Shown here: in pieces, positions 46,621 through 61,740 of the stretch | Numbering within the stretch: the first letter of the stretch is position 1 | How the letters are laid out: every line of letters starts with the position of its first letter | Assembly (NCBI GenBank): GCA_964016885.1 | Contig: OZ024742.1 | Span: 350,920,001-350,984,000 of the forward strand | From: Eledone cirrhosa | Lineage: Eukaryota | Direction of reading: 5' to 3' | DNA: 64,000 bases | Made by a program: the position numbers and the translations under genes | Notes under the pieces: model-generated | What the model was told of the DNA's origin: nothing | What the model saw: only the letters and a program-made list of their open reading frames with translations | Database searches by the model: none

Positions 46621-48954
46621 AAGGGTCTGTTTCATCCCCTTCTTCTTTGACGGGTGGTGGTAGTACATGATAGGCCTGCGCCCCCTTACCAGATGTTCAC
46701 TGGTAGTTTTTCGGTTGCCAACACTTTGAGGGCGGCTGGCTGTGAGCTAGTTGGTCAGCCGCCTTCTCTGTGTCTGGTTTCTCGGACCCATGGTTTTTCG
46801 GACGCATGGCTTTTTACATATTCCTTTGTTATATTCCAATACCTGATGATATCACCGGATTCACATGGAACCCGGTCATTGAAATGATCATAGTATAATA
46901 AAACTTTCAAGGATTTACACGAGTCCAGCCTCCTGTTACTTCATTTATAATTAACTCCGTATTCGCACCACCAACTACACAAACGAAGATGGGTGAACTG
47001 CACTGCGTTGAGTACTCTTCACAATATTACACCAGGATTGACCATACGGAATGACCAGTTCTATCCAGTGGTGAACCAACAAACCTTAAGAAATAATGCT
47101 CCTATAATGTTGAGCACTTCAAAATGTGATATTGAACAGCGGCACTGACTTCAGTGTACAGCTATTACCAGCATGGGATTAACTGATCTACTTGCCATTC
47201 GGGTTTTGGCTGCTCTGCGCCTTATCTACCGCCACCTGATACCACTTCCTTGTCGGGAGGATTCCGATTCCGACAAAACTCTACGTATTATACTAAAACT
47301 TGTATTGTATTGACTGTATTCTCTACTCTATACCTCAGGACTCTTTGTGAAACGCACTGAATTCGGAACCCGAACTTTACACTAGGTACAATCTGTTACC
47401 ATTCTATCTCCTCTATCCTCTATATCTATATCTATATGTACAACTTATATTATCTTACTACAACTTGATCTATATTGACTCTTATTTACCTTTATTAATT
47501 TTTTTACTATGTCATTAATGTATATTTTATTATTTATTATTTTCTATTATTTTATTAATGTATTTTTATCAATGTATTGGTATTTTTTTTGTAACTTTTC
47601 CTTACTCAGGTCATTATATGTACCTTCATAGCCCCCTATCCACCTAAGAACCACACTACCTATAACCCGGACTAACTGGGACTTTAAAATAATTTAGAAT
47701 AATTTTGATCTATTTGCACTTTTTATTGTTTGACTTGTGTGGTGGCTTTTTCTCCGGCTGCGCGCTGGGCACTCGGAAAGTTCAGCCTTCCTTGAGTGCT
47801 CGGAAAAAAAAATTTCTCCTCTTTCGGTAAATGAAATTACTCGGAGTGGCTTGCTCTACCCCAGTCCCACGGCGCCGCTTGTTTTGGCCGCCTATTTATA
47901 CCTGTACCTACAAACTCCAGGTTTGGGCACAACTATTAGCTGTATCTTGCCTCTATTGACACGTAAATAAACCCCTAATCTGTGATTTAATTATATTCGT
48001 GGAATAGACGATGGCCTATCGAAATTGTGGGGTTCCCGCTAGCGATCCCGGGGCCAAAGTTAGTTACGTTCCTAGAGTACTCGGAAAAATTAATTTCCAT
48101 TTCTTTCGCTGGACGATACCACACGACACTGGCTGACTCATGGTGGCGGGTGTGCTGGCTGGGACTCCCAATCGAAATCTTTACTCTATATCCCATCCTA
48201 ATAGCTTATCGAGTTAAGAACATTCTTTTCATATAAGTCCCTCTCCGTAAGTTCGTTAAATAAATAAATCTCGCTACCTCTATTTTTCAATTTACCATTT
48301 TGCAATATAATATTTTTTATTTAATTTATTTCATCCTATAACTCGCAACATAAGTTTAGCGTTCCAATCTTCGGTTCACACTTTAGACCATACATACATC
48401 CACTATAGATTCTTTGGATAGCATTCTTTTGGCGGCATTTTCTAACATGAATGTATTTTGACCCTTACACTACACTTCTTTCTCCCTTTCTTTCTTTCTT
48501 CCCCTTCTTCTTTGATGGGTGGTGGTATTACATGATAAGCCTGCGCCCCCTTACCAGATGTTCACTGGTAGTTTTTCGGTTGCCAACACTTTGAGAGCGG
48601 CTGGCTGTGAAGCAAGTTGGTCAGCCGTCTTCTCTGTCTCTGGTTTCTCGGACCCATGGTTTTTCGGACCCATGGCTATTTACATATTCCTTTGTTATAT
48701 TCCAATACCTGATGATATCACCGGATTCATATGGAACCCGGTCATTGAAATGATCATAGCATAATAAACCTTTCAAGGATTTACACGAGTCCAGCCTCCT
48801 GTTTTTTAATTTATAATTAACTCCGTATTCGCACCACCAACTACACAAACGAAGATGGGTGAACTGCACTGCGTTGAGTACTCTTCACAATATTACAACA
48901 GGATTGACCATACGGAATGACCAGTTCTATCCAGTGGTGAACCAACAAATCTTA

Positions 48955-48957
<3 letters not shown>
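46621..48957 (+). mobile_element. ORF-less element with ~455-bp direct terminal repeats, each with a hammerhead (46839-46896, 48705-48762)
   Basis: 46636-47090 matches 48501-48956; ATAC-CTGATGA-TATCACCGG...CCGGTCATT-GAAA-TGATCA-TA-GTAT; TA flanks. Confidence 0.85.
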
Positions 48958-49011
<54 letters not shown>

Positions 49012-49016
<5 letters not shown>

Positions 49017-49202
49017 GTAAGTATGTATGTATACGTACATACATATATGTATACAGACGTACAGTAGTATGTATATATATACATACATGCACGCATATAT
49101 CGGTTTACCGAACATTTATTATAATGCTCGGTTTGTTAGTCTGTAAACAAACCGTACTGCCGAACTGGGAGTGAGAAATGAAATTTCGTTTCATTCTATT
49201 CT
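49012..49202. mobile_element. Rearranged fragment of the 63400-64000 family
   Basis: 49012-49152 is the reverse complement of 63805-63958; 49170-49200 matches 63535-63566. Confidence 0.7.
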
Positions 49203-49204
49203 TT

Positions 49205-49622
49205 AACAATAAGCCTGACCTGGTGGTTTTGGACAAGGAGAAAAGATCGTGCTTGATTATAGATGTAGCCTGCCCATTTGACACGAGAATGCAAGAAAAG
49301 AAGAGGGAGAACATTAACCGATTCTAGGATTTAAAGTGGGAGTTAAAAATGATTTCGAACTGCCATGAAATCAAGCTCGTCCCGATTGTCATAGGCGCTC
49401 TAGGTACTATCTCAAAGAACTTCCAATGATGGTTAAAGAAGATTAGTCCAGCCCCGATTTTTAGAACACTTCAAAAGGCATGCTTGCTGGGAACAGCAAG
49501 AACCCTCCGATACGTCCTGAATATCTGCGGCTGCAGGTAGCGGCTTGATATTCATTTCAACAAACTATCCAGTTAAAAAACACCAATGACTGAGATTCAA
49601 AAAACAATAATAATAATAATTA
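49205..49622 (+). mobile_element. R4/Dong-like non-LTR 3' end (restriction-like endonuclease) with (TAA)n tail
   Basis: NNKPDLVVLDKEKRSCLIIDVACPFD...LVPIVIGALG...LQKACLLGTARTLR, two stops. Confidence 0.85.
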
Positions 49623-50129
49623 TTAATTAATTATATCATGCAATGCCTGTGCATGAAGATTTTATTTAAAGTGAGGAAAGACTGTGCACTGAGCCAATCT
49701 GACTCCCTGGTTGACAGTAGCTATAACCCGAAAGGAAGAAAATATCAACATCATCGATGATACTGAGCCGCAGGTTTTATGTCGGATTTATTCGAGCTTC
49801 CTGAGTCGTCTTCTCCTAGAAGTATGCCCTGACAAAGGGTAGGGGTCCTCCACTCCCTGACTATTTCTATATCTCCGCGCATATACATACACCCTCCAAG
49901 AAAAATACAATTCAGATTAACGCATGACATATCTTACAAGAACTAACTTTATCATACATATCCAGCGAAATATAACTCGGAATATCTATGAGAAAATGAT
50001 ATTAGTGATAATCCAAGTTTAAATATTTCAATTATGAAAATTATGAAAATGCGTGAAAAAGTCGGGATTCTGAAACAGAGAAGCAGAATGTAAGTTTGTA
50101 TAAGTTGAACAAGGTGGAAAATATCGAAT

Positions 50130-50415
50130 GAACAGTTGGTGCAGTCTACGACTAACCCAGATTCTGCTGCACGTCGGGCTGAGGAAGCCAGACTATCCAA
50201 ATACCTGTCGCTCTCCGACAGGTTTGCGGTCGTACCCTTGGCAGTGGAGACTTCTGGTGTCCTAGGGCTACTACCCTACTAACCACGACAGGCGTTCAGC
50301 TGGCCAGCCGCTGGTGGAGCCTCGCGAATTGGAATGGCTCTTGCAGCGCGTTTCCCTTGCCGTCCCCCGGGGAAACGCCATCTCCATTCTGTCCGACGGG
50401 GCTGTGGGGAGGCCA
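50130..50415 (+). mobile_element. CRE-like 3' fragment
   Basis: SAARRAEEARLSKY..FAVVPLAVETSGVLG..EPRELEWLLQRVSLAVPRGNAISILS. Confidence 0.8.
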
Positions 50416-50627
50416 TCAATATGATTGACTGACTTGACATAGTAAAAACAGAAGACATTGCTCAGTTCACTCATTTGATGGATTGAGTAGGCTTTTTAAC
50501 CAGCCTTAAGTTTTCTCTTTCTATCACTAGATAACCAATGAGTTAAAAAGTGTAAATATTAGGAATATTGACAAATAATGAGTTGTTGAGATATAATGCT
50601 TTTATTAGTAAAATACGATACCACAGG

Positions 50628-50810
50628 ATTGGCAGAACCGGTAGAGGGTCGGACACTACGCTTTGACGCATAGAGTACGGCGCTTGCCATTCTGAGTTCG
50701 AATCCCGCCGAGGTTAAATTTGCCTTTCATCCTTATGGGGTCGATAAAATAAAGTACCAGTAATGCACTGGATAATTGCTGGCCTTGTGCCAAAAAGTAG
50801 AAACAATTAT
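50628..50810 (+). mobile_element. tRNA-derived SINE
   Basis: A/B boxes, core and tail as in other copies. Confidence 0.9.
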
Positions 50811-51719
50811 ATATTTCTCATCAAGACCTTCCACACTTATCATACCAATTAAAATATTATATATTGAGATCTGAGATACTTTAAAACTTGCTTCCTAATC
50901 AAAATGCTAATAAACAAGTAATTGGAGGCAGAAGTATTAAAGAATTTTCGATAAAACCGTTTTAATAAGTCTTAAATATCTAAACTCAGGAATGATTATT
51001 GACTAATACAAAATTTTGCTGATACACGATAGTGTAGCAAATACATCTAGTGAAATATTTGGTTAATATAATCCAGCAGCGATGATCAGAGGTCAGCCAT
51101 ACAAGGATATGTATTTACATTTAATTTCGGAGCTTATGAATAAATTTAAATATTTATGATACATTTTTGTTTTGAAAGTTGCCATGCTGCAATGTTTTAT
51201 ATCACATGCAGATTTGTTTATTTCTATAATTGCAATTACTAAATATTGCGTATAATTATATGAGCGATATATGCATATATAAGCACGGGCATGGACACAG
51301 TAATACACACACACACAGGCACACACGCACATATATTTATATATATATATATAGTATTAATTATACTATTTATGGTTATGCAAATACAAAAACCTTTTGC
51401 AGTTATATATATTTTTATATAAACCCTAAATAGTGGTAGGCAGTAATATATTACTACCTTATTACCAGTAAGTTAAATAGCTCAATGTAATAACATCAGA
51501 TGATTTACAGAGCAGTTACATGAATTATAAGAATCAAAGAACTGTTCAAAACATTTTTATGCTTGCAACTGTTTCCTCCAAACCGAGGTTTGGATTCTTC
51601 GGAGCAATTTATTATTGAATGAACACTTGTATGACCTCCTTTTCACCCAAGAGACATACGGATACATATGCAAATATTGTCGGTCAACATTCATTATAGC
51701 ATTTAGTGTGGCAGTACAC

Positions 51720-51830
<111 letters not shown>

Positions 51831-51886
51831 TACATATATATATATATATATATATTCATACATATATATATATATATATATATATT

Positions 51887-51952
<66 letters not shown>

Positions 51953-51968
51953 AATATATATATATGTA

Positions 51969-52917
<949 letters not shown>

Positions 52918-52921
<4 letters not shown>

Positions 52922-55900
52922 GATATTAATAAATGGAAACTATATTTATAAAACCATATTTATTTCATTATACATATTTCAGGGATACCACATTAAATTA
53001 TGGTATGCCTTCATCAGACAAAATACAATATATAACAGTTTTACAAATAGGTTTGACGTACCCTTTTAAAATACAACCATTACTTTTGGAGGCTGTCTGG
53101 ATAGTGATTTGTTTATATAATAAGTCATAGTGTTAAGCACAAGTAGAAAAAGACGGAGAGAAAGAAAACAGACGGAGAGAGAGAAAAGAACAAAGACGGA
53201 GAGAGAGAAAGAAAAGAGAAAGAAAACCTGGAGAAATATCGGAGAGAGAAATGTATGGAGAAAAAGAACGAATTTCAAGAATTTCATCTAATAAAAATAT
53301 ATTTGATGAAAAAGCGCAGTATTACAACGAAGCATTAGCTAGAGCTGGATATAGATAGAAACTTAAATACATCGATAATAATAATAATAAGCAAACTAAC
53401 CAAAATAATAACAATTTCAATTACGGTAATAACTTTAACAACTATAATAGAAAACATTACAATAATTCCAAAAGCCGAAAAAGAAATAGAACTAGAAATA
53501 TATTATGGTTTGCTCCCCCTTTCTCACTAAATATTAAAACCCCTATTGCTAAACTATTCTTTAAAGCTCTTGACACACGCTTCCCAAGAACACATAAATA
53601 TCACTCAATTTTTAATAGACACACTATAAAATTAACTTACTCGTCCACCAAAAATTTAGCACAAAATATTAATAGAATTAATAATAGGAATTTAAAACCT
53701 AACCAAAATACCAATAATAACCCAAACAATACTCAATTAAATAACTGTAACTGTAGAAATAAATCTAACTGTCCGTTAAGTAACAACTGCTTAGCTAAAA
53801 ATGTAGTGTACAATTGTAATGTTAAAACTAATTTAAATTCATTTAACTATGTTGGTTCCACCTCTACAGAATTTAAATTTCGCTTAAATAATCATAATAA
53901 TTCTTTCACAGATCCAAACAAAAAATCTTCAACTTCGCTATCTAGCCTACTATGGGACCTAAAACGAGATAATATTAAATATTCGATGAATTGGAATATT
54001 ATTTCATAAGCTACTCCTTTTAATTCCTCTTCAGAAAATTCTGATCTTTGTATTGAAGAAATATTCTTTATATTAAAGTCCAAAAATTCCCTTAATCTAG
54101 GGAACAATTTATTCAGTTGCTGCAGACATAGATTGAACTCAACGTTTAAATATACATATAAATTTAAAATGTAGTCTAATTAATTAAGTAATTTTAGTTA
54201 ATATATGGAACCTGTCGATAATCCATTAGATTCCTTCACCTTTTTCTTTTTAAACTTTCTACCTAAATATAAACATGGATATAATAAACTACTCTAAAAT
54301 GTCAATACTTCCAATGTATTAAATAAAATATACGTAAGGTAAATTTCTATACTAAATATAAGGTTATATGTAGAATCATTGGGTTTTTTAAATTTATTAA
54401 ATCATTTAAATTATTTTTTTATATATTTGTTTTGATTATGATAACTTCTCATAACTTTCACAAGTCTACCCTCTCAATATCTTGATTGAGATATACGTAG
54501 GATAAATTTCTATACTAAATATATAAAACATATTATTTTAACTTAAGATACTCTATAGTGATTTAATGATATTTAATGCTTTGATATTTCTAGATTTATT
54601 TTGACTATATAATTGTATTTCCAAAATATATTCCTTTGGTATTTAAAATTTATATTGTTATGGTTATATTTACAAATTATCATCCTTTGGTAATTTATTG
54701 ATATTGGATTATCTCTATACAAATGCATATGTGTGTATTAACATGCATAGAAAGTGTTATAGATTTTCTGTGTTTGTATATGTGTCTGTATATATACATG
54801 AGTGATGCATGAGGACGCACGCAAATATGTATTTATACATATGTATGTGTATATATGTATGTGTATATATCTATGTGGTTGAGAGGTATGTTGCAGATGT
54901 GCATAATATTAAACACATGAAAGGTAATCGTATATATGAGGACATGATTGTTAATCGTATATATTTGTATATATATACTGTGAACTTTTTAGAACACAAG
55001 GAATGTATAGCAGTGATTAAGAGAAATCATTTACGTTTTGTATGGCTATATTGTTGGCTTGAGTAAACATAATTTCTATTTTCAGGACGTGCGTATCTAT
55101 GTGTATGTATATATACATATATATTTGTATGTCTTTTCATAAAATACTAATCTCTATAGCAAGGGTACATTTTGAACTCAGATTTTGTTATATTGATCTC
55201 AAGTTTCTAAACTAAACATATGGTCATTATTGAACAATGTTTAATTTCTCATATTATATATCTATGTCCCATTCATGAATATTGATACTTATATTTATAT
55301 TTTTATTATTCATTTCATATAAATTGTTAACTCAACTTAATGTGACATGACGTAAAGTTGTCACTGTCCTTCCCATCTATCTATATAGTATTTCTCTCTC
55401 TTGAGTTTTTCTTTCTGTATGATGACTTGATATCTCTCTGTTGCTTTCCTTTGTTTTTCTTATTCCTTCCTTTTCTTTCTTTTTTATTTCCTCCTATCTT
55501 TATCTATCTCTTTCTTTTCTCCATACATTTCTCTCTCTCTCCGATATTTCTCCAGGTTTTCTTTCTCTTTTCTTTCTCTCTCTCCGTCTTTGTTCTTTTC
55601 TCTCTCTCCGTCTTTTTTCTTTCTCTTCGTCTTTTTCTAATTGTGCTTAACACTATGACTTATTATATAAACAAATCACTATCCAGACAGCCTCCAAAAG
55701 TAATGGTTGTATTTTAAAAGGGTACGTCAAACCTATTTGTAAAACTGTTATATATTGTATTTTGTCTGATGAAGGCATACCATAATTTAATGTGGTATCT
55801 CTGAAATATGTATAATGAAATAAATATGGTTTTATAAATATAGTTTCCATTTATTAATATCGTATATCTACTCCCAAAATTTGTCGAGTGCTTTATATCA

Positions 55901-55952
55901 GTTATAAAAATATTTACTTGTATCCCAACAACTTTAAATAGAACTTTTGCAT
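52918..55952 (+). mobile_element. Family A PLE, 5'-truncated, with inverted arm; hammerheads 52961-53025 (-) and 55758-55822 (+)
   Basis: 52918-53268 inverted to 55512-55866; tail to 55950. Confidence 0.92.
53275..54175 (+). pseudogene. PLE thumb-linker-GIY-YIG region with two in-frame stops
   Basis: YNEALARAGY; RNIIWFAPPFS; CNCRNKSNCPLSNNCL..VVYNC..YVGST..FKFRLNNH; DLCIEE; CCRH. Confidence 0.92.
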
Positions 55953-56228
55953 ATATATATATATATATGTATTCATAGATAGATAGAGATATAGAGAGAA
56001 TGATAGACAATACGTGTGTATGTTTCCAAATTATTTGAAAATCACAAAACATAACCCAAATAAATATGTAATAATGTAGTATGTTATAAAACTATATTCG
56101 TTGTTGGTCTTGTTTTATTGTTCTTGCTTTTGTTTAAAACTCATCCTAATCTCTCTCTGTCTTTCTCTTTCTCTCTCTCTCTCTATCCCTATATTCCTAT
56201 CTAACTATCTCTATCTCTATGCCCCCCC

Positions 56229-56320
<92 letters not shown>

Positions 56321-57118
56321 ATATGCATAGTTATCCAACTGTTTACGGATATAAAGTTTCCTATCCGCAATCATATATGATTTAATTATAATTTGAATTA
56401 TTCATCACAAATGAAAAACAAGTGACAATAGGGGAATGCTAGTTATTGTTAAACTAAAGCTCTTACCATATATTACTTTCCTCTGAGGCATAATACAAAA
56501 TCTCGTATTTCCTTTGTAATTCGACATAGAAATTTTAATAGGAATCAAACAGTATAAGCAATGGTAAAAAATACTTCTTCATTTAAAATGTATGGCATTT
56601 TTTCGATGCATAACTCTATAATATATAAATTTAATTACCGAGGTAATATTTAAAACAATAAAAATTTGAAAATTTACGATTTTATAATTATTTTGGAATT
56701 TATATCTCGTTTAATCAGTACACAATTTAAATGTAACTAAAGTTAGCTTGGCAATATACAATTAAATATGTCCAAAACTTCATTCGAAGTACATTGGGTA
56801 TACAATAAATATTTCTATGTTTAAAACTGAGGATGTTACTGTTGTCCTTCCGAACAGTTTCAAATATAAGCTTGAGAAAAAGGACGGAGCAGAAATGCTT
56901 TTGATCCATGCATGTTAATATCCCTATTTGATCGAGCCTACCAAAATATAAAATGAGTGTATTGTCAATGAACAAATGGTAGCATTAATTCTTCACATAC
57001 TATGTAAACATATATTAATGTACATACACTAGCCGGAAACATCTGTAGAACAAAACATTCATATATGAATTCCTTGTTGAGGATTAGAAATTAGTCTAGG
57101 AATGTTTCTGACTCGTGT

Positions 57119-57188
57119 TCGATAAAATAAAGTACCAGTAATGTACTGGGTAATTGCTGGCCTTGTGCCAAAAAGTATAAACAGTTAT
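57119..57188 (+). mobile_element. 5'-truncated SINE
   Basis: TCGATAAAATAAAGTACCAG...GCCTTGTGCC. Confidence 0.8.
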
Positions 57189-58851
57189 TAATAGTAAAAT
57201 AAAAACAAACGGTAGAAGTTTTCTAGATAGCTTCGGTGAAATTGAGAGAAAGAAAAGTCCGTACGAGTAGCGTCCATTTCCAACTAACCTACACTCGGCC
57301 GAGAGAATGGAGATAAATAATAATAAAAATATAAAATATACAAGTAGTACCATTATGTCTGCATGATGGTGCAACTAGAGCATGCCTCCAATTGGATTTA
57401 TTTGAGTAGGCTAGTACGGGATACTAGATAGATATGAAAAGCTGTAATGGTTATTATCATTGCAATGTTATGTTCACTGACGTTCCTGGTTCCTGATTAT
57501 CTAAACATCTCTTAATTGTATTCAGAATACGTTGCCAAATACATAGTTTTTGATAGAGTAACATAGAATATGACTATATTGAATTTCTGATGCAATTTAT
57601 CTCGTTAATTATGAGATCCATTCATTTGATAAATATGCTAAATTATGCAATTGTAGGAGCCAAACGAGATAATCAGATATGGAAATCAATGTTTCGGGTA
57701 AGATTTATAGAGAACACTATTTATATCAGTACTATGGTCCTCTATGAGAGTATATGTGATAGGTTGATATGTATTTTTGTGCGGTTAGTGAACGTTCTAT
57801 AAATCTAAATATTTGCGTTGTTTAAATGATGCTAATATTAAATAGAAGAAGGGAATTTACATTTCCAATAGCAGACGATAATGACAAAAACAATTAAATT
57901 GGTTGGTTATCATTTTATCAATAACTATCTCAGCACAATGTTATAGTAATGATGAATGAGTGAACAAGATCTTTTGATGCAGAATATTTAGAGGAAACTC
58001 GGAGTACTCTACCAAGCATGAGTTTCAGGATATGTAGTATTTGTTGCTTGGACATTATACACAGTTACCACGATCTTAAAACGAATTCAGCAGTTAAAGG
58101 AGTGCAGATGTCAGGAAGGGTGCAACGGCAGATGGAGAATCTATGGAGTAATATACACTTAAAAACTATAAAACATCTTTTCCGAACATGTTAATTACAT
58201 GAAGAGGATTTATAAATTTCTATTTCAAAACCTTCAATCGTTTAAATAGATATATTGTAGTCGGAACCGGATGAAAAATTTATTAACACCTTTAAACATT
58301 TGACTTTTTTAGTCAGGAGATGTCACGAGATGGGAAGATGTGAACAACGTAATATTTGAGATATTGTCGAACAATTTGTTATGATGTAGAATATCTGGCG
58401 AGAAGATTTTAACAGTAAATTGATGCCAATATTTTCAAAACCTATTGATTTTCCTGATGCCTATAAAATTTTAAATCATAAATGCAGACGCATATTTTTG
58501 CATTAATGATTCAAATAACTAAATGGAAGCCATAATTTGCCGACTTGACAGGAGAGTGGAGTTGAAGGAATATGCGAGTAATGTAAAACCTATGTATTTC
58601 ACATTTTCTGAATAAAGTTTCTACCTATATCATGATTTAGTTATTATTGTTAATCTGAAAGATTAAGCAGCACCAAATATAGATATGTACAGATTGTTGT
58701 TTTGAGTAAACAGTATCTACTGGTTATTGATGTATATGGCTATATTTTCATTCGCTAATATTTGAAATTGGGAACAATCAAACAAAATTAAACACATGTG
58801 TTTATTCAAATTATAGATATGGTAGTTAAAACAGATTTTAACTTCTATGAA

Positions 58852-59106
58852 ATATTAATGCTTATATAATGGTTTCTTATATAGGCACAAGGCCAGCAAT
58901 TTTGGGGGAGGGAAAGTCGATTATATCGACCGCAGTGCATGACTGGTACTTTATTTTATCGTTGCCGTGAGGATGAAAGGCAAAATTAACCTCGGCGGGA
59001 TTTCAATTCAGATCATAAAGAGCTATAACTCTATGCCGCAAAGCATGGCGTCCGACTTTCTAGCGATACTGCCAATACACCGCCGTTATTAATGCTTATA
59101 TAATGA
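58852..59106 (-). mobile_element. Full SINE with ~19-bp TSD TATTAATGCTTATATAATG
   Basis: TSD at ~58852-58871 and ~59087-59105. Confidence 0.9.
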
Positions 59107-59119
59107 AAAGGTTTTGAGA

Positions 59120-59320
59120 AGGGTGTATTATCAGTATCCGTATAGAGTCGGAGAAATGCCTTATGGTATTATCATACGGCCCTTTACATTCTGAGTTCAA
59201 ATCCCTCCGAGTTTAATTTTGCCTTTCATTTTTACTTGTTCATTAAAATAATGTAGTATTAAGATTTAATCGACTTTTCTCCCCCCAAAATTGCTGGCCT
59301 TGTGACTGGACAAGAAACCA
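59120..59320 (+). mobile_element. Degenerate SINE, head-to-head with the previous copy
   Basis: GAGTTCAAATCCC, GCCTTTCAT, GCTGGCCTTGTG. Confidence 0.7.
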
Positions 59321-61264
59321 TTATAAAAAGGCTTCAGAAGTCTCCTGAAATTACTACTTGATATGCAGTGTTTTGCGGAAAGATAATAAGATAGAGTTTT
59401 AGTAATTAAAATGCATAAATGAAATATGCTTACGTTCAACTTAATCATTCAGTCAAAATAATTTGAATAGTAATGAAGTTAAGTGACATTCATGTCGTTC
59501 TAAAAACAACGGAACACATGATTATTCTTGTATAATTATGGCAAATCACACGTTGTGATATAAGGACTAACATATCTCATTTACAAAATACGAAGATAAT
59601 ATAACTATAAAAACGTAAGTGTTATAATATCAACGTTTCTGTTAGTGCCAATTTTGAATTATATATCAATAACAGCCCCACAATATATTTTCGGATGCTT
59701 TTATGTTGCATGAAAAAGGTTCAGATTGACTTTGATAATTACGATAAAAATAGGTTTTATTATAACTGAATACTATACGTTATTGAATCAATAAAACGTT
59801 TGATAATTGTTGAGTATTTTGAGGGCCTGTGGTTGCTTAATGAACCTCTCCCATCACGGATATCTGTGTTCAGTTTCAAGTACATAGATGTAGACATCAG
59901 TTACAAGGACGGGACCAATAGTAGATATGATTTAATCTAGATAGCAGATAAAACATTAATCAGTAAAAGTACAAACATTCAGCATATCGCAAGATATCAG
60001 CAGTGTACAACAATGATATGTAGATAGATACATAAATAGATAGAGAGAGAATCATAGAGAGGTAGAGGAGAGAAAAAGAGAGAGAAGTTCGTTCTAAATA
60101 AATAAGATCTTGTTAATATAACATTTATATATTCTCATTCCGTTAAATAACATATTGCATTTACCAAACCTTACACAAAATCTTAGAAGATCTAATGTAG
60201 GTGATGAAATTAATTTGATTGCTGAGGGTTACTATAGAGAAATTAAGTGCCATTTCGTCTGCAAGTTATCATCAAATAAAATCTGTTTGTAGATAAGGAA
60301 ACGTAATTCTACACACTTTATGAAAAAAAGAACAAAAAAAAAAACAAGAATCGACTAACTGAACCGATGCTTCATGAATATTTATTTCATGAAGCACAAT
60401 GTGAAACATTTAGATAACGTGTCGATAATATTATTTCTGGTTCCTATCAGATCCTATTCAAATATTTCTAACGTCATATATTCATTAATAGTCGGTAGAT
60501 GATTATCGTAAAACGCTGAAATGTCACATTGTCCTGACCCCCCAGTACAATCTATATACACGGTATTCAAAGGACTTCAGATGAACCTATTGTTAACAGC
60601 CGTCGATAGATGTTGCCCGAGATTTTAGGAAATATATAAACTAACGATAAAAGCTATTATACGAAAAATGATGAATACGCAGATAACTTTCCCCCAGATA
60701 AGAATCTGTTATTTAAAACAGAAAATTGATATAATAACTTGAATTGCGTTTTTCAGAATCTTTATGAAAATATATATCGATTGAATGAACAACAAATCCT
60801 TCGATAAAAGAACAGAGGCTGTTTCTGTTCAAGATTGATTTATAGTTTATTTGGGCAAGTGTAAGTATTAGCTAATATATTTTTGTGTTGATCGTAATGA
60901 TACTTTCTTTAGAAAATCCCGCTTCTTTTCGGAATGCAATATAGAAGAAATAGTTTATCAAGAGAAAAAGGAATGCATTAAACTATATATACATCATGTT
61001 TTGAGTTTAACATGTCATGGTCGTCATACCTGCATTGCATACATATAGCCAATCTTTTAATTGAATATACCCAACGTAGGTCGATATCCTACGACAATGC
61101 AAGCTGGGTGGAGGACCAGCTGTAATAGTTATGTGCAGAAAACAGTACAGACGACGAGTTTAAAACGGTCTATTATGAGAGAAAGTGGACGAATGCAGGA
61201 ATGATAAAAATATCGATTTGATTTCAGCAACCATTTTACATACTATAAGCCATTATCGTATCTG

Positions 61265-61440
61265 GGCAGTATCGGTAGAGGGTCGGACGCCATGCTTTGA
61301 CGCATAGTGTTACGGCCCTTGCCATCTGAGTTCGAATCCCGCCGAGGTTAACTTTGCCTTTAATCCTTACGGGGTCGATAAAATAAAGTACCAGTAATGT
61401 ACTGGATAATTGCTGGCCTTGTGCCAAAAGTAGAAACAAG
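61265..61440 (+). mobile_element. tRNA-derived SINE
   Basis: A/B boxes, core and tail. Confidence 0.9.
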
Positions 61441-61582
61441 TATTGTATCTGGTGAAAGGACATATAAATGTATATGGTATTGGCAAGCAATTAATTTTAG
61501 AAGGATGTATTACTTAGAATGTTTGCTTATTTCATGCCGTCAGTGTCGTGTATGTTGTAGACACAGCATTTAAAATGTATGT

Positions 61583-61740
61583 TAGGTACTGAGCTAGCCA
61601 GCCGCAGGTGTGAGCCTCGCGAGTTGGAATGGCTCTTCCAGCGCATCTCCCTTACCACCATCCTCCGGGGAAACGCCTTCTCTATCCTGTCCGCCGAGGC
61701 TGTGGGGAGGCCAGCACGTGGAACCCATTTGCTCGCCATA
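61583..61740 (+). mobile_element. CRE-like 3' fragment
   Basis: ELASRRCEPRELEWLFQRISLTTILRGNAFSILS. Confidence 0.75.
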
